Source: Bacteroidia bacterium
GTDB taxonomy: Bacteria > Bacteroidota > Bacteroidia > NS11-12g > UBA9320
Direction of reading: 5' to 3'
Length of the DNA: 64,000 nt
NCBI GenBank assembly: GCA_965216465.1
Contig: CBDCFW010000002.1
Coordinates: 32,001 to 96,000 of the forward strand
The translations under genes were made by a program, and so were the position numbers. This document shows positions 49,188 to 58,158 of the stretch, one piece after another. Below the pieces are notes generated by a model. That model had not been told where the DNA came from and did not search any database. It worked only from the letters and a program-made list of their open reading frames with translations. How positions within the stretch are numbered: position 1 is the stretch's first letter; each line of letters opens with the position of its first letter.

Positions 49188-49221
49188 TGTATTTTTTGAT
49201 TGTGGCTATATTCGAACAACG

Positions 49222-49698
49222 ATGAGCAAAGTTCTGAGATACAGTTTCATTAGCATGCTGATGTTCAGCATTCAAAGTAATCTCCTCGCTCAATCCGACT
49301 CTATTTCACAACAGCAGAAAGGAAGTTTTTATGCAACAGCAACACCCTTGATTGTTTATAATACCTTGGGCATTAGCTATGAGCACAATTTGTGGAAGGC
49401 AAATAACCTTAAGCACAACAATCGCTTTAGACTGACTGCAGGGGCTAAGGTGTATACCTTTATGGGTTTTGAAATGGAGGAATTTGTCTCACTTCAGTAT
49501 CAATACATTTATGGAATAAAAAACCAACTGGATATGGGTGTTGGAATTCAGTATTATAACACCTGGGAGAATCGTTGGGTAACTGAAATGTCGTTTAATC
49601 TCGGCGGTCGTAAATTAAATAAGGATGGTAAACACATCTTCAATTATGGAGTAGGCTATCCTGAATTGATTTATGCTGGATACGGTGTTGTCTTTTGA
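49222..49698 (+). CDS. Small secreted/outer-membrane hypothetical protein
   Basis: Signal peptide ending LLAQ; beta-strand pattern ending YAGYGVVF. Confidence 0.7.
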   Translation: MSKVLRYSFISMLMFSIQSNLLAQSDSISQQQKGSFYATATPLIVYNTLGISYEHNLWKANNLKHNNRFRLTAGAKVYTFMGFEMEEFVSLQYQYIYGIKNQLDMGVGIQYYNTWENRWVTEMSFNLGGRKLNKDGKHIFNYGVGYPELIYAGYGVVF

Positions 49699-49774
49699 GT
49701 TGAATCCAACATCCGACGATATAAAAAGTTAGCTGATTAGACCTCTCTTTCGACAAAAATAGCTAGCTGAAAAT

Positions 49775-49804
49775 AAAAAAAGGCCTTGTTTTACCAAGGC
49801 CTTT
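49775..49804 (-). terminator. Intrinsic terminator downstream of the T9SS protein (possibly bidirectional)
   Basis: aaaggccttg/caaggccttt stem with an A7 tract on the left. Confidence 0.85.
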
Positions 49805-49824
49805 AAGTTCGTTTGATGAACCTC

Positions 49825-51666
49825 TTATTGAATAATTAGTCTTTCAGTATAAGATCCGTTTTCTGTAGCTACTTTGATGAAGTAGATGCCAGATTCAAAC
49901 GCTGAAACATTTATGGCTTTAAATACTTTGCTTTGATTAACATCTTCAGACATTATAGTTTGTCCATTGATGGTGATAATTGAGTAGTTTAGAACCACAC
50001 CTTGGCTTACTTCGAAATCAAGTGTTAACTTGTCAGAAGCAGGATTTGGATACACATTAAATGTGTTAAAATCTGGAAGATTTCTAACCGATGCACCATT
50101 TCCTTTGCTAAAGAATAGATTATCTAGATAAATTACACTTGAACCAGTTGGTTGAGAAACCAATATGATTTGAGCCATGTTGTTAGTCGCCGTTAAACCT
50201 GTAAAGTCTGCAAGTGGAATTCTGTAATTAATCCACTGCTCTGTTGCAGGAGCATCAAATACCAATTCATGCTCAGTGTCATCTCCGCCACCAAAAGCCT
50301 GATCAGCACCAAAGTCAACAAGCTTAATTTTAAACTGCGTTGAATTTGGCGACCAAATATCGAAGTTAATGTGGTCCATATCAGATGCATCAACAAGGTT
50401 TGCACCTACAGTCTCAATACCTACAAAATCCATTGAAGAGTATTTTTTAGCGTCATTTCCATCGATTTGAACATCAGTTAAGGTAGCACTTGACCAAGGA
50501 GTTCTCCATGTGTCAACCGTTACATCAGTGTAAACTCCACTGAACAGAGATATTACATTAGCCGCATCAAAAGACGGGTCATCTGGACCAGCCATTGGTT
50601 CAGCTAAAGAACTTCCTTTACTAAAGAACATATTGTCTAAGTAAATAACACTTGTTCCGCTTGGTTGCGATACTAAAATGTATTGAGCTAAGTTAGAAGT
50701 CGCTCCTAGACCGGTAAAGTCTGTTAATGGAATATGATAATTAACCCATTCTTCTGTTGCTGGGGCGTCGAAAACTAATTCATGCTCGGTATCATCGCCA
50801 CCACCAAATGCTTGGTCCGCACCAAAGTCAACTAGTTTAATTTTGAATTGAGTAGAATTGTGTGACCAAATATCAAAGTTGAGATGTTCCATTCCAGATG
50901 CATCAATCAAGTTGCCACCAACTGTTTCAATACCAACAAAGTCTAGTCCTGAATATTTTTTTACATCATTTCCAGCAACTTGAACATCGCTAAGGGTAGC
51001 ACTTGACCAAGGCGTTCTCCAGGTATCAACAGTTACATCGGTGTAAACATTGCTAAACATAGAAATAACACTGTCTTCATGGAACTCAGGGTCTGCAGCA
51101 GCAACAGTAGGCTCTGGAACGCTTGCAGCAGGGCTAAATGTAATATTGTCGAAATAACAAATGTTCTCAGAGGATCTTGCTTGGAAATCCATGAAAATTA
51201 CGATTTGATCATATTCTATTCCTGCTCTGGAAGAGAAATCAAAAGTTAATTCTTCCCATTCGTTGGTTTTTGTATTTGCAACCTTAATTTCACCTAAAGA
51301 TCCACTATTGTTCTCAACCAGTTTAATACCAACATCGCTGATCACCGGCTTGTAAACCATTATTTTAATAGTAGAAGTATTTGCATCTAAGGTGAATTTA
51401 CCAATTCCTGCCCCGTGCAACGTTTCACATCCAGCCCAAGGCTGGCCGGTCGACCTAGCAGTAAACTTAGCTACAGAATCGCTGGTGTTTGGAGCCAACT
51501 TACTGGGATTAGCGACAATCTCTAAAGCAGGGTTGTCGTCGTTTTCAAATGTGGTCCATGTCCACGAAGCTCCGTTTCCTCCAGACTCAAAGTCGATAGG
51601 AACGTTTTGCGCAAAACTTAGGCTTGATACAAGCACGAGTAGGCAAAGTAGTGTATGTTTTTTCAT
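49825..51666 (-). CDS. T9SS-secreted non-catalytic protein with three CBM-like beta-sandwich domains
   Basis: Signal peptide from the ATG at 51666; two 171-aa tandem repeats (VIS.FS.VYTDVTVDTWRTPWS...IYLDN.FF); CTD VYPNPAS...GIYFIKV. Confidence 0.88.
   Translation of the reverse strand: MKKHTLLCLLVLVSSLSFAQNVPIDFESGGNGASWTWTTFENDDNPALEIVANPSKLAPNTSDSVAKFTARSTGQPWAGCETLHGAGIGKFTLDANTSTIKIMVYKPVISDVGIKLVENNSGSLGEIKVANTKTNEWEELTFDFSSRAGIEYDQIVIFMDFQARSSENICYFDNITFSPAASVPEPTVAAADPEFHEDSVISMFSNVYTDVTVDTWRTPWSSATLSDVQVAGNDVKKYSGLDFVGIETVGGNLIDASGMEHLNFDIWSHNSTQFKIKLVDFGADQAFGGGDDTEHELVFDAPATEEWVNYHIPLTDFTGLGATSNLAQYILVSQPSGTSVIYLDNMFFSKGSSLAEPMAGPDDPSFDAANVISLFSGVYTDVTVDTWRTPWSSATLTDVQIDGNDAKKYSSMDFVGIETVGANLVDASDMDHINFDIWSPNSTQFKIKLVDFGADQAFGGGDDTEHELVFDAPATEQWINYRIPLADFTGLTATNNMAQIILVSQPTGSSVIYLDNLFFSKGNGASVRNLPDFNTFNVYPNPASDKLTLDFEVSQGVVLNYSIITINGQTIMSEDVNQSKVFKAINVSAFESGIYFIKVATENGSYTERLIIQ
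50101..51126. repeat. Intragenic tandem duplication, 2 x 513 bp
   Basis: gcacttgaccaagg at 50486 and 50999; tccttt.ctaaag at 50101 and 50614. Confidence 0.92.
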
Positions 51667-51710
51667 TGCATTAATTTTTATATGTGCCATCAAAGAAAGA
51701 GAAAAAAACT

Positions 51711-51729
51711 TAAAGTACAAAACACCATA
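51711..51729. promoter_or_regulatory. Candidate NrtR operator (GT-N7-AC)
   Basis: taaaGTacaaaacACcata in the divergent region between the T9SS gene and nrtR. Confidence 0.5.
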
Positions 51730-51788
51730 AGTATCATTTTTCCATATATTTGTCATTATCTAGTTTATATATATTTGTCATCACAGAG

Positions 51789-52514
51789 ATGAAAAATCCA
51801 CAAACCTATTTTTTTACAGAAGAGAATTCATCACTCGGTGAATTCTTAAGTTTCGGACTGTCAGTAGATTGTGTGGTATTTGGATATCACGAAGGTGAGG
51901 TTCAAGTATTATTGGTTGAACGTGGAGCTGAACCCTATAAAGGAAGTTGGGCGTTGGTTGGAGATTTGGTACACCCAAGAACAGACTTGGCAAGTTCTGC
52001 AGATCGTATTTTAGAAAACTTAACAGGACTCAAAGGAATTTTTATGGAGCAGTTTCATACCTTCGATGAAATTGACAGACACCCACTTGGTCGTGTGGTA
52101 ACGGTGGGCTATTACTCTCTAGTGCAATCTAAACACTATCATCCTGTTGCATCGGCTTGGGCTAAGTCAACGCGGTGGTTTAGTATTAGAAATCTTCCTG
52201 AGTTGGCATTTGATCATCAGGTTATACTCGATCGTGGTATTCGTACCTTAAAGCGACGTGTGCGTTATCGACCGGTAGGATTTGAGTTATTGCCTCCAAA
52301 ATTTACATTAGGAGAGCTTCAATCTTTATATGAGGCTTTACTCGACTGTAAATTTGATAAACCTAACTTTAGAAAAAAGATTCTGAAAATGAATTTAATA
52401 ACTCCTTTGGACGAATATGAAGAGAATGTTTCTCACCGTCCGGCTAAGCTATATGCTTTTGACGAAGCGCAATACAATGCCCTCAGAAAAGAAGGGTTTG
52501 CTTTCGAACTTTAA
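51789..52514 (+). CDS. NrtR-family regulator (Nudix-like effector domain plus winged HTH)
   Basis: SVDCVVFGY, WALVG, EQFHTF...RHP.GRVVTVGY, LAFDH, FELLP.KFTL.ELQ.LYE...NFRKK, HRPAKLY; Nudix box lacks the catalytic Glu residues. Confidence 0.93.
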   Translation: MKNPQTYFFTEENSSLGEFLSFGLSVDCVVFGYHEGEVQVLLVERGAEPYKGSWALVGDLVHPRTDLASSADRILENLTGLKGIFMEQFHTFDEIDRHPLGRVVTVGYYSLVQSKHYHPVASAWAKSTRWFSIRNLPELAFDHQVILDRGIRTLKRRVRYRPVGFELLPPKFTLGELQSLYEALLDCKFDKPNFRKKILKMNLITPLDEYEENVSHRPAKLYAFDEAQYNALRKEGFAFEL

Positions 52515-52626
52515 ACCGCTTTTCTTAACTCAAAGTCCATCTTTTTCACATATTAATTGTTATTTGATTTAAGGAACTATTTTTTTAATAGGTCTGTAAG
52601 CCTTGTAATGACGCGAAATTTTTAGA

Positions 52627-52659
52627 TATAGTAAAAATTACAAAAAGTTATTACATTCG
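52627..52659 (+). promoter_or_regulatory. Candidate NrtR operator overlapping the promoter of the glucan operon
   Basis: tataGTaaaaattACaaaa (52627-52645) just upstream of the -7-like TACATTCG (52652-52659). Confidence 0.55.
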
Positions 52660-52683
52660 TAGAATTAAGTTATTCTTTAAATC

Positions 52684-55600
52684 ATGTTTAATAAAATCTT
52701 ACCATTCATTGTCTTGTTGAGTTTTACGCTAAATTCAACAGGCAAAAGCGGTGAAAGGTTGAACAATAATCCAAATGATTATTTAATTGCTGAACTAAAT
52801 AATTCAGCACTAGTTAGCCATCCGCTTACATCACAAAATGTCCAAGTAGTTAGAACATCAAGCGGGTATAGATTAGAAGTCGATGGCAAGCCTTTTTTTG
52901 TCAATGGGATGAACTGGGATTATTTTCCAATAGGAACCAACTTCAATTACAGTTTATGGAAGCAATCAGATGATCTGATTAAGTCAGCACTTGACGCTGA
53001 AATGTCTCTGCTTCAAAATATGGGAGTCAATTGTGTTCGTATGTATACAGGAGTGCCAGCAAAGTGGATCGAATACATTTATAACAACTATGGGATTTAC
53101 ACCATGCTTAATCATTCATTTGGTCGATATGGTCTAAATATAGATGGCAATTGGTATCCAAATACAGACTACTCCAATCCAAAAGTTCAAGAGCTGTTAA
53201 TTGACGAAGTGACAACCATGGTTTCAGACTATCAAAATACACCAGGGTTACTTCTTTTCCTTTTAGGCAATGAAAATAATTACGGGCTATTTTGGAGAGG
53301 TGCAGAAACTGAAGATATTCCAATTCAAGATAGACAGTCAACAAAAGACGCTCAAAGCATGTATAAGCTTTTCAATGATGCTACAATAGCGATGAAGAAG
53401 ATTAGTACTACTCGACCAATTGCAATTTGTAATGGCGATTTGCTTTTCTTAGAAATTATTGCTAGTGAATGCAAGGATGTTGACATTTTGGGTATTAATG
53501 CCTACAGAGGATTGACATTTACAGATATGTTTGATCGTGTAAATTCAGAACTTGGTAAACCCGTATTGCTAACAGAGTTTGGGTCTGATGCATTTAATGC
53601 AATTGAAAACCAAGAAGATCAAGCCTACCAAGCCGAGGTGCTTATAAGCAATTGGAAGCACATTTATGCCAATGCAGATGGTATGGGAAACAACAACAAT
53701 GTTTTGGGTGGATTTACTTTTCAATTTAGCGATGGATGGTGGAAAACGGGTCAAACCAAAGAACTTGATATTCACAACGCTCAGGCCTCATGGTCTAACG
53801 GCGGATATCGAAATGATTTTGAAGAAGGAGAGAATAATATGAATGAGGAGTGGTTTGGAATATGTGCAAAGGGGCCGACAAATGAAAGAGGAACCTACGA
53901 GCTCTATCCAAGAGCTGCATATTATGCGTTGAAGGAAGTTCACATGCTCAACCCTTACACCTCAGGTCCAGCAGCTTTAAACACAGTTCAAGAAGTTTCT
54001 GTTATGGGGGCCATGCTCAAAGCTCGTGGAGATAAGGCGGCATTGGCAGCTAATGATAAAGGAAAGTTGTATCTAAGTAACCTTCAAGCGAACTTCAATA
54101 CCTACAATACAGGTGGGGATTTGATATCAACTCCGGTTAATGCTGACCCAAGTGGCACAACATATCCATCAAATTTAGGATTTGATCACCTTCAATCTTT
54201 TAATGTTGGCGTTACCGCTAAACCTACATCAAACATGAGAGCGACGGTTCAGTTTAATGTTTTAGGGAATGTTGCAACCAACCCTATTGATGAGATTTTT
54301 TATGAAAATAGAGGAAGACCAGTAATGGTTCAAACCTTGAACGGACCTCAACAGATTAACTCTAATAATAGAGTTCAATTGTATAGGGCCGATTACAGTT
54401 GGGATACTCGGGCCTTCAAAATGACTGGCTTCTATAGAACTGGTCATTATCACTGGGGGTATGAAGGAGACTTTTTCGGTCTATATCCCGAAGCCAACTA
54501 CGGCCCTAATATTGACATATATAACGGAAATGCACCTTTTGGTTTTGAAATGGAAGGTAAAAAGTATCTCGAAGGATTAAAATTTGCATTTGGTCCTGAA
54601 TTATGGTGGGGGGCTAACCCGGCATTCTTGTTAAAGTACAGCAAAAAGGTGGCTGGTATGGACGTGACTGGAATTTTCCATGAAGACATCACACAGCGAA
54701 ACAACTTACAAAGTTCATTTGCTGTGCCGGTTCCGAAGACAAGAAGAGCGACTCTAGTTGTAGCCAAAAAAATGGAGAAACTCACATTTGACCTGGGTGG
54801 TATGTGGGGTGGACAACCGCTAAATGGTAGAACTTTTCAAATTGTTAGCGAAAATGTAGTTTATGAAGATAAGATTCAGTCGAGCGACAACTTTGGAGGA
54901 AAGGTTAAACTAACCTTTAGTAGCGGACCTATTAAATGGTATGGTTTAGCATCTTATATGGGACTTGTAGCCAATGGTGGTTACGATCAAACTCAAACCT
55001 TTACAGGATGGAGATTGAAAGATATTGGAAGCGGAAATATGTACAACGCCCTAACTGGTTTTACATACAATGTTGGTGACATTCAAATTGCACCTAACTT
55101 CCTATTTCAGAAACCTCTGGCTGGGCCAATTCCAACAACGTTTGAAGCTCCTGCTCGTCCTAGAAACATTTTAAGTGATCCTTTTTCGGTTAGAGGAAAT
55201 CGAGAAACGGTCGGAGGGGAGTTATTAATTACGTATGATCCAACTCCTGCTACTTGGATGTATCAATGGGATAATGATCGAATGGAAGATGCAAAATTTG
55301 CCATGAGTACAGGCTTTGTATATCGCCATTTGCCTACAGTTCAGGATGCTGCAATTGGTATTTTGGGTAACGGGCGTACCACTTTTGTATTCCCGGGATC
55401 TGCTCCTGCACAAGACTTGTGGGAGATGAATGTAAGAATGGTTTCTAAGATTAGTCCGGAGTTTGGAATAATTGGAAATGTTCTTGTAGGAAACGGTCAA
55501 GCAAATGGAAGTGATGAACGGACCATTAATCGTTATGGGGTTGACGTACGTACGATTTACAAAAAAATGAAACTAATCGCCATTGCTAAATTTGACGATT

Positions 55601-55884
55601 GGGGACCTTTTGATTATCATCGAGATTTTAACCAAACCTATCCACTTCAACTGATTGGAGATATTTCATTGGAAATTGGTAAACCCGATTGGTTTATGTT
55701 ACCGGGTACAAAGATTGGCTTACGTACAACATATAGAACGCTAGATCAATATTCTAACCGTTATGCACCTGCATATATGATAAACAATTCTGGAATCCTA
55801 GTGCCTGATCCAACAGCACCTGGGTTCCCAAATGGAAATGAATGGGAAGTTAGAACCTATATTCAAATCAACATTAATAATTAG
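52684..55884 (+). CDS. Clan GH-A (GH2/GH158-like TIM barrel) glycosidase fused to a predicted outer-membrane beta-barrel
   Basis: LEVDGKPFFVNG, MGVNCVRMY, acid/base LGNENN, nucleophile LTEFG, F.FSDGWWK, NEEWFG; about 600-aa C-terminal amphipathic beta region ending WEVRTYIQININN. Confidence 0.75.
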   Translation: MFNKILPFIVLLSFTLNSTGKSGERLNNNPNDYLIAELNNSALVSHPLTSQNVQVVRTSSGYRLEVDGKPFFVNGMNWDYFPIGTNFNYSLWKQSDDLIKSALDAEMSLLQNMGVNCVRMYTGVPAKWIEYIYNNYGIYTMLNHSFGRYGLNIDGNWYPNTDYSNPKVQELLIDEVTTMVSDYQNTPGLLLFLLGNENNYGLFWRGAETEDIPIQDRQSTKDAQSMYKLFNDATIAMKKISTTRPIAICNGDLLFLEIIASECKDVDILGINAYRGLTFTDMFDRVNSELGKPVLLTEFGSDAFNAIENQEDQAYQAEVLISNWKHIYANADGMGNNNNVLGGFTFQFSDGWWKTGQTKELDIHNAQASWSNGGYRNDFEEGENNMNEEWFGICAKGPTNERGTYELYPRAAYYALKEVHMLNPYTSGPAALNTVQEVSVMGAMLKARGDKAALAANDKGKLYLSNLQANFNTYNTGGDLISTPVNADPSGTTYPSNLGFDHLQSFNVGVTAKPTSNMRATVQFNVLGNVATNPIDEIFYENRGRPVMVQTLNGPQQINSNNRVQLYRADYSWDTRAFKMTGFYRTGHYHWGYEGDFFGLYPEANYGPNIDIYNGNAPFGFEMEGKKYLEGLKFAFGPELWWGANPAFLLKYSKKVAGMDVTGIFHEDITQRNNLQSSFAVPVPKTRRATLVVAKKMEKLTFDLGGMWGGQPLNGRTFQIVSENVVYEDKIQSSDNFGGKVKLTFSSGPIKWYGLASYMGLVANGGYDQTQTFTGWRLKDIGSGNMYNALTGFTYNVGDIQIAPNFLFQKPLAGPIPTTFEAPARPRNILSDPFSVRGNRETVGGELLITYDPTPATWMYQWDNDRMEDAKFAMSTGFVYRHLPTVQDAAIGILGNGRTTFVFPGSAPAQDLWEMNVRMVSKISPEFGIIGNVLVGNGQANGSDERTINRYGVDVRTIYKKMKLIAIAKFDDWGPFDYHRDFNQTYPLQLIGDISLEIGKPDWFMLPGTKIGLRTTYRTLDQYSNRYAPAYMINNSGILVPDPTAPGFPNGNEWEVRTYIQININN

Positions 55885-55906
55885 TACGAAATTTAAGAGA
55901 AACGAA

Positions 55907-57313
55907 ATGAATACGAATCAAAAATATATTAGAGTAGTTGGCTTTTTGGTGTTGGTGATGGCATTTATGGGTTGTGAAAGAGAGTTGTCAGATGATGCTG
56001 TTCTGCCTTCTTTTTCTACAACAGCAGAAATCTTTTTAGATGATTTTATTGGTTTAGGAACAGATTTTTATCTGCCTTTCGCCGATGCGAAACCAGATGT
56101 ATTTTCGGTAGACCGCTCAGAAGGATTTGAGAGCAACGCATCAATAAGAATTGATGTACCTAATGCAACAGACCCTTCAGGAAGTTATGCCGGAGCAATT
56201 TTTAGAGTTGATGGTCCGGGTAGAGACTTAACAGGATATGACGTTTTAACGTTTTATGTTAAAGCTTCACAGGGCATAAGTTTAGGAAGCGTGGGGCTTG
56301 GTCTAAACTATGAGGGAGATGCATATCGTGTCGCCTTAAATAATGTTAATGTCGGTACAAATTGGACTAAAATTACCGTTCCAATTCCGGATCCTTCAAA
56401 ATTAAGTGAAGAGCGCGGATTGTTTTGGTTCGCTGCTGGAACCCAAGGAACTAACGGATCGGGATATGCACTATGGTTTGATGAGATTAAATACGAAAAG
56501 ATGCCTACTATTCGACAAGTAAGTTCTGAAATTTTTGATGGGAACAACAATTCAGTAAAGGCATTTACAGGATCATCGTTAACCATAACAGGGTTAAATC
56601 AAGTTTTTAATTTGGAGAATGGCGAAGATGTAATATCAACTGCAGCACCAGCATACTATGAATTCGTATCAACAGATACCGCAGTAGCCAAAGTTAATGC
56701 GTTGGGAGAAGTTGACGTTGTTGGAGCTGGAAATGCAGAAATAACAGCCTCATTAGCAGGTGAGCCTTCTTTGGGCAAAGTGAGCATTGAATCGTTAGGA
56801 CCATTGCCACCATCACCGGTGCCTACAAGAGCCGCAGCCGATGTTTTATCTATTTTCAGTGATGCTTATTCGACTGCTACGGTTCCAAACTTTACACCCG
56901 GATTTGGAGGTTCAACTACCGAAACAACAGTGTTAACGACAAGCAATGGAGAAGTTTTGCAGTATACAAGTAATAACTTTACAGGAATCATGTTTGTTGA
57001 TGATCTTTTAGATGGAAGTGCAATGAATTACCTCCATATAGATGCATATGTTCAACAGGCTGGAGTTTCGATTGGTGTACAAATTAGAGATGTAGGTCCA
57101 AATCAGAATATCGAAACCAATATATTCAATGGGTTGCCAGAAGGAGATGATAAAGATTATCGAGCCACTTTGAACGGATTCCAAGTTGGGGTATGGAAAT
57201 CATTTGATATTCCTCTAGCCGGAAACATTGCAAACCAGAAGAATAACTTGGGAGCTATTATTATTACGGATGGACCAAACTTCATTTTAGACAACATATA
57301 TTTTTACAAGTAA
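55907..57313 (+). CDS. Glycan-binding lipoprotein (CBM-like, Ig-like and CBM-like domains)
   Basis: Lipobox FMGC-ERE; DLTGYDVLTFYVKA...LWFDEIKY; Big-like STDTAVAKV; VLSIFSDAY...ILDNIYFY resembles the T9SS protein repeat. Confidence 0.75.
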   Translation: MNTNQKYIRVVGFLVLVMAFMGCERELSDDAVLPSFSTTAEIFLDDFIGLGTDFYLPFADAKPDVFSVDRSEGFESNASIRIDVPNATDPSGSYAGAIFRVDGPGRDLTGYDVLTFYVKASQGISLGSVGLGLNYEGDAYRVALNNVNVGTNWTKITVPIPDPSKLSEERGLFWFAAGTQGTNGSGYALWFDEIKYEKMPTIRQVSSEIFDGNNNSVKAFTGSSLTITGLNQVFNLENGEDVISTAAPAYYEFVSTDTAVAKVNALGEVDVVGAGNAEITASLAGEPSLGKVSIESLGPLPPSPVPTRAAADVLSIFSDAYSTATVPNFTPGFGGSTTETTVLTTSNGEVLQYTSNNFTGIMFVDDLLDGSAMNYLHIDAYVQQAGVSIGVQIRDVGPNQNIETNIFNGLPEGDDKDYRATLNGFQVGVWKSFDIPLAGNIANQKNNLGAIIITDGPNFILDNIYFYK

Positions 57314-57316
57314 GTT

Positions 57317-58144
57317 ATGAAGAGATTTAGCAAAGCAGAAATTTTCATCTTTAGCGTAGCCTTAATATTTGCTTTAGGAGTAAGCAGTTGTAATGATCAA
57401 AGTGGGGTCACTGTTCCAGAAAGAAATTACGAATTAGTTTGGAGTGACGAATTTAATGACGATCAAGGTTCGTCTGTAGATCCAACCAAATGGGCCTTTG
57501 ATATTGGAAGAGGAGGAAATGGCTGGGGAAACAATGAACTTCAAAGCTATACAGATAACACCAATAACGTTGCACATGATGGTGAAGGAAACCTTGTTAT
57601 AACTGCACGAAAAAGCGGAAGTTCATACACTTCAGGAAGAATAAAAACCAAAGACCTCTATACTCAACAATATGGTAGAGTAGAGGCACGTATAAAAACA
57701 CCTCGTGGCCATGGAATGTGGCCAGCGTTTTGGATGCTAGGACAGAATATTGATGAAGTAGGTTGGCCCAAGTGTGGTGAGATAGACATTATGGAGCAGA
57801 AAGGTCAATATCCTTTTACGACTCATGGTAGTTTGCACGGCCCTAGCTATTTTGCTGGTAATGCGGTGACAAATACCATGAGATTAGATACCGGAAATTT
57901 TACAGACGATTTTTATGTTTATGCCGTTGAATGGGGTGAAGACTACATTGATTTCTTTGTCGATGACGAACTATATCATAGAACAACAGCAACTCGTGTG
58001 CCTGGAGATTGGGTGTATAATCAACCATTTTTTCTAATTTTAAACCTTGCAGTTGGTGGAAGTTTTGTTGGTCCACCCAATGACAATACCCCATTCCCAG
58101 GGTCTATGTATGTTGATTACGTAAGAGTTTACAAAGAGATCTAG
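57317..58144 (+). CDS. GH16 laminarinase (endo-beta-1,3-glucanase), lipoprotein
   Basis: LVWSDEF, GWGNNELQ, WPAFWML, catalytic GEIDIME, NLAVGG, VDYVRVY. Confidence 0.95.
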   Translation: MKRFSKAEIFIFSVALIFALGVSSCNDQSGVTVPERNYELVWSDEFNDDQGSSVDPTKWAFDIGRGGNGWGNNELQSYTDNTNNVAHDGEGNLVITARKSGSSYTSGRIKTKDLYTQQYGRVEARIKTPRGHGMWPAFWMLGQNIDEVGWPKCGEIDIMEQKGQYPFTTHGSLHGPSYFAGNAVTNTMRLDTGNFTDDFYVYAVEWGEDYIDFFVDDELYHRTTATRVPGDWVYNQPFFLILNLAVGGSFVGPPNDNTPFPGSMYVDYVRVYKEI

Positions 58145-58158
58145 ACCTTTAAAGATTT

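Noticed and set aside
50101-51126. Repeat as CRISPR or mobile element
   Set aside because: In-frame 513-bp protein-domain duplication with synonymous divergence; no spacers or cas genes.
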